A DNA stretch of 64,000 nt, from assembly GCA_963769025.1 (NCBI GenBank), contig CAVYKI010000009.1, positions 704,001 through 768,000 of the forward strand, written 5' to 3'. This DNA is from an uncultured Verrucomicrobiae bacterium (GTDB lineage Bacteria; Verrucomicrobiota; Verrucomicrobiia; Chthoniobacterales; Chthoniobacteraceae). Both the position numbers and the translations under genes were made by a program. Below the pieces are notes generated by a model. That model was not told the origin of the DNA. It worked only from the letters and a program-made list of their open reading frames with translations, and did not search any database. Each line of letters begins with the position of its first letter. The stretch's first letter is position 1. This document shows, piece after piece, positions 62,270-64,000 of the stretch.

Positions 62270-63475
62270 TCAGAACGGCATCCAGCCGAGCGTGAACACG
62301 CGGTCGAGAAACCATGCGAGGCCGAGGAGCGCGACAATCACGCTGATCGCCATCTTTGCTCGCGGACCATGCTTCCATCTGGCGAGCACGAGCGAGAGCG
62401 GCAGGAGCGCAAGGACCACTGCGAGCTGTCCGGCTTCGACACCGAGATTGAAAACGAGCAGGCACTTCGCCTTCGCCTGCGCGGGAAGCTCTTGCGGATC
62501 GAGCGTGTTCGCAAAACCGAAGCCGTGGATGAGCCCGAAGAAAAAAGTGAACAGCCAGCGATGCGCGAAATCGCTGCGCCAGAGATTTTCGACGGCGACG
62601 TAGATGATCGTCAGCGCGATGGCGCATTCGATGAAACGCGAGGGAAGCGTGATGACTCCGAATGCCGCGAGCAGGAGCGTGATGCTGTGCGCGATGGTGA
62701 ACGAGGTGACTATCGCGATGAGCGGGCGCAACCGGCTCACGACGAGCAATGCGAGGAGAAAGCACAGGTGATCGTAGCCGGTGAGGATGTGTTCGACGCC
62801 GAGCTTGAAGAAGCGCCACGTGGGCGAGTCGTCTGCGTTCGAGCGATGCCCGGAGGGTCCGGGAGATCCCGGTGGTTGCGGGCCGGCGTAGGCGACATCG
62901 AAAAGGAAGTCCGGCTCGGCAAGGGTGAAGACGACCTCGGTGGAGTGGCCGCGATATTCAAAGACGCCGATCACGCTGTGCCGCTCGCCGAGCGTGCCGA
63001 AGACGTCGAACAACAATGCCACGCTCTTCGGTGGCGAACGGAGCGCCTTGTCGAAGCCAAAGGAGATGAGCGATTCATTCGTGTGCCAGGCGCTGGCGGG
63101 AATCGGATCGGGCGCGTCGAGCGGCCAGAAGGGATCCTTCGCCTCGCCGAGATCGGAAGCACCTTCATCGATCTCGATGCCAACGTGCACGCGGAAAAAC
63201 CCCTGAATCGCCGGCGTCGCGCGGCGCAATTCCTCGCGACTGAGCGCAGAGTCGCCGTCCGCATCGAGGCCGGGAACGATCCGGTTCAGGCTGAATACGT
63301 CGCAGGTGAGGCGGATTTCGATTCGGTCGGCGAAAATGCGCACCCGCGCATAGCCGGTGTCCGCCGTGTGCGCGCTCGCTTCGGCGACGAGAAGCAGCGC
63401 CGCGAGGCACAGGAAGGCCCCGCAGGCGAAAAGCGTGGACGGAAAACGGTGAGGGGCCTTGCGACTCGGAATCAT
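62270..63475 (-). CDS. HupE/UreJ family membrane protein with N-terminal periplasmic domain
   Basis: GVEHILTGYDHLCFL, FTIAHSITL, FGLIHGFGFA, FNLGVEAGQ. Confidence 0.88.
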   Translation of the reverse strand: MIPSRKAPHRFPSTLFACGAFLCLAALLLVAEASAHTADTGYARVRIFADRIEIRLTCDVFSLNRIVPGLDADGDSALSREELRRATPAIQGFFRVHVGIEIDEGASDLGEAKDPFWPLDAPDPIPASAWHTNESLISFGFDKALRSPPKSVALLFDVFGTLGERHSVIGVFEYRGHSTEVVFTLAEPDFLFDVAYAGPQPPGSPGPSGHRSNADDSPTWRFFKLGVEHILTGYDHLCFLLALLVVSRLRPLIAIVTSFTIAHSITLLLAAFGVITLPSRFIECAIALTIIYVAVENLWRSDFAHRWLFTFFFGLIHGFGFANTLDPQELPAQAKAKCLLVFNLGVEAGQLAVVLALLPLSLVLARWKHGPRAKMAISVIVALLGLAWFLDRVFTLGWMPF

Positions 63476-63566
63476 TGCGATGGCTTGTAAGCGCTCGGCA
63501 CGAGTGAAGAAAGCGCGATGCGTTCTTCGCTGGCACACAGCCCGGGCCGGTGGCAGACATCCGCCG

Positions 63567-64000
63567 ATGAAAACATTGCTCACCGCCATCCTCCTTTCCG
63601 TCTCGCTGCCTGTGCTCGCGGGCGACGCAAACTGGCCGCGCTTTCGCGGACCCGCGGGCTCGGGAATCGCGGAAAAGGCCAGGCCTCCGGTTGAATTCGG
63701 ACCGGAGAAGAATGTGCTCTGGAAGGTGAAGACACCTTCGGGACCGTCTTCACCATGCGTGTGGGGAACGCGCATTTTCCTCACGGCTTTCGACAGCGGC
63801 AGACTGTGGACGCTTTGCCTCGACCGCGCCACTGGCAAGGAGCTGTGGCGGCGGGATGCGGGTGCGGAAAAGATCGAGGCGTTCCTCGCCGGCCAGGGCA
63901 GCCCGGCTGCCTCCTCGCCGGCGACAGACGGCGAACGGGTCATCACGTATTTTGGATCGTGCGGACTGATCGCCTACGACTTCGAGGGCAAGGAACTGTG
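63567..64000 (+). CDS. PQQ-like beta-propeller repeat protein (BamB-like), runs off the window
   Basis: Translated by hand from ATG 63567: signal peptide, NWPRFRGPAGSG, NVLWK, SSPCVWG, TGKELW, SSPATDG. Confidence 0.88.
   Translation, partial: MKTLLTAILLSVSLPVLAGDANWPRFRGPAGSGIAEKARPPVEFGPEKNVLWKVKTPSGPSSPCVWGTRIFLTAFDSGRLWTLCLDRATGKELWRRDAGAEKIEAFLAGQGSPAASSPATDGERVITYFGSCGLIAYDFEGKEL

Overview
High-GC bacterial DNA, most likely Verrucomicrobiota (Chthoniobacter-like). The evidence is Verru_Chthon cassette remnants, two PSD1/planctomycete-cytochrome-c plus DUF1501 operons, an ECF sigma/FecR pair and C-rich start regions without a clear Shine-Dalgarno. The left flank (1-15 kb) holds a PAS/GAF kinase, eutBC, an MFS transporter, parE/parC broken by many single-base insertions (probably long-read error) and a secreted vanadium haloperoxidase. 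The centre is a ~28 kb genomic island between a 33-bp perfect direct repeat (15053-15085 and 43076-43108) that forms the 3' end of tRNA-Leu(GAG). Both island ends carry tandem TTGCCACGG repeats resembling integrase arm-type sites. The island looks like two related elements integrated in tandem, each ending in a decayed copy of the same tyrosine integrase. The left element keeps a satellite-like core (AlpA/Xis-like gene, helicase fragment, integrase tail), an IS3 and ndh/pyk/DUF2254/OYE cargo. The right element carries a lipid-enzyme operon, a FIST plus hybrid kinase pair, the exonuclease-ligase-Lhr-PdeM repair operon and a Ser/Thr kinase facing an FHA protein with a degenerate cyclase domain. 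The right flank (43-64 kb) is typical PVC-superphylum content. All calls come from reading motifs by eye; no database searches were run.
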